DNA of 6,086 nucleotides from the IMG/VR virus record IMGVR_UViG_2690316273_000023, positions 1-6,086 of that record. The stretch is one strand, 5' to 3'. Origin of the DNA: a virus (Duplodnaviria > Heunggongvirae > Uroviricota > Caudoviricetes). The position numbers were made by a program, and so were the translations under genes. Within the stretch, counting starts at the first letter, position 1, and every line of letters begins with the position of its first letter. This document shows positions 5,436 to 6,086 of this stretch, in pieces. The notes under the pieces are model-generated. The model was given only the letters and a program-made list of their open reading frames with translations, was not told the DNA's origin and did not search any database.

Positions 5436-6086
5436 TCAGGCGGTGAAAGTACCAATAAAGGTTTCTACTTTGCTGTCTTTGAATTTCTCAACAAGCAGAT
5501 CACGAAATTCGTTAGCCATTTCTTCCTGCATCGCTTCCAGCTGAATAATGCGCAGAACCAGTACAGGACGATCGCCAGTGATAATTCTGAGGCGTAATTT
5601 AAACGGACGTTCTTTCAGGCCTTCAAACGGAACGCATTTAAATTCAAATGCCACTGGCATAATGTCTTTGGTTTTCGCTTCGACAGACTCCATCAGGGAG
5701 CGTTTGCCGCTGAAGTCATTGTCTTCAAAATCAGCGGTCTGGTTTGCTTCAATTGTGATTTTACGGACTGCAGCAGCCGCTTTGGTTGCCTGAATGGTGT
5801 CACCATTAGCATCAAAGCCCACAAGGTAGTCGGCCCAGTCTTCAATCCATTCTGCCAGTGACTTCTGGGAGTTACGCTCGCCATTAACAGACAACAGAGC
5901 AGAAAACGGTGCTGTCTTTTTCAGTTTGAGGGTGGCGGTGTTATCTGCGTGACCTGGTTCATCAATAGTACCCAGGTTAAGCACACTGACGGCTCGCATA
6001 TTATCGGCATCGATAAAGCAGCGGGTGCCTTCATCTGCAAGATCTTTAGAATAACGGGTAAAGTCATCGATGCTGGCAGTGGAAAG
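5436..6086 (-). CDS. yfdQ: DUF2303-family protein, YfdQ-like; partial, 5' end lies beyond the right window edge
   Basis: I translated the minus-strand frame upstream of the ORF-track Met at 5999 and it stays open to position 6086 (...[35 protein letters not shown]...), so the gene is truncated by the window. The position immediately upstream of the yfdR-like gene matches the yfdQ-yfdR order I recall for CPS-53. Family assignment is by synteny and recall, not by a motif I can verify. Confidence 0.55.
   Translation of the reverse strand, partial: LSTASIDDFTRYSKDLADEGTRCFIDADNMRAVSVLNLGTIDEPGHADNTATLKLKKTAPFSALLSVNGERNSQKSLAEWIEDWADYLVGFDANGDTIQATKAAAAVRKITIEANQTADFEDNDFSGKRSLMESVEAKTKDIMPVAFEFKCVPFEGLKERPFKLRLRIITGDRPVLVLRIIQLEAMQEEMANEFRDLLVEKFKDSKVETFIGTFTA

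Noticed and set aside
5548-5884. ORFs 5548..5793 (+, 81 aa) and 5693..5884 (-, 63 aa)
   Set aside because: Both lie within the longer YfdQ-like gene, one antisense and one out of frame; no support.
1-6086. Looked for CRISPR repeats, tRNA/rRNA genes, IS terminal inverted repeats, integrase and att sites
   Set aside because: No regularly spaced direct repeats, no tRNA-like cloverleaf candidates, no transposase- or integrase-like ORF and no identifiable att core in this window.

Overview
This window looks like the early-left (pL-type) accessory region of a lambdoid prophage of the enterobacterial CPS-53/KplE1 type, plus a convergent two-gene cargo module. A tightly packed minus-strand operon runs from the right edge to about 1079: a partial YfdQ-like DUF2303 gene, a YfdR-like HD-domain phosphohydrolase, two Ead/Ea22-like proteins, a small hypothetical protein, a protein sharing an N-terminal module with the downstream DUF551 protein, a small zinc-ribbon protein, the DUF551 protein, a DEDDh 3'-5' exonuclease and a PrtN/excisionase-like DNA-binding protein. 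Several of these genes overlap stop-to-start, and the operon ends in a hairpin plus T-tract terminator at about 1031-1066. Positions 1-1045 carry two plus-strand genes of lower GC: a Panacea-domain (DUF4065, PanA/SocA/GepA-like) protein followed 22 bp later by a protein with an acidic N-terminus and two C-terminal transmembrane helices. I read this pair as a candidate PanA-antitoxin/membrane-toxin (toxin-antitoxin or abortive-infection) module and the most interesting feature of the window. No rRNA, tRNA, CRISPR array, IS element or att site was recognised. All family assignments come from reading the translated ORFs and recalling motifs; no database search was run.
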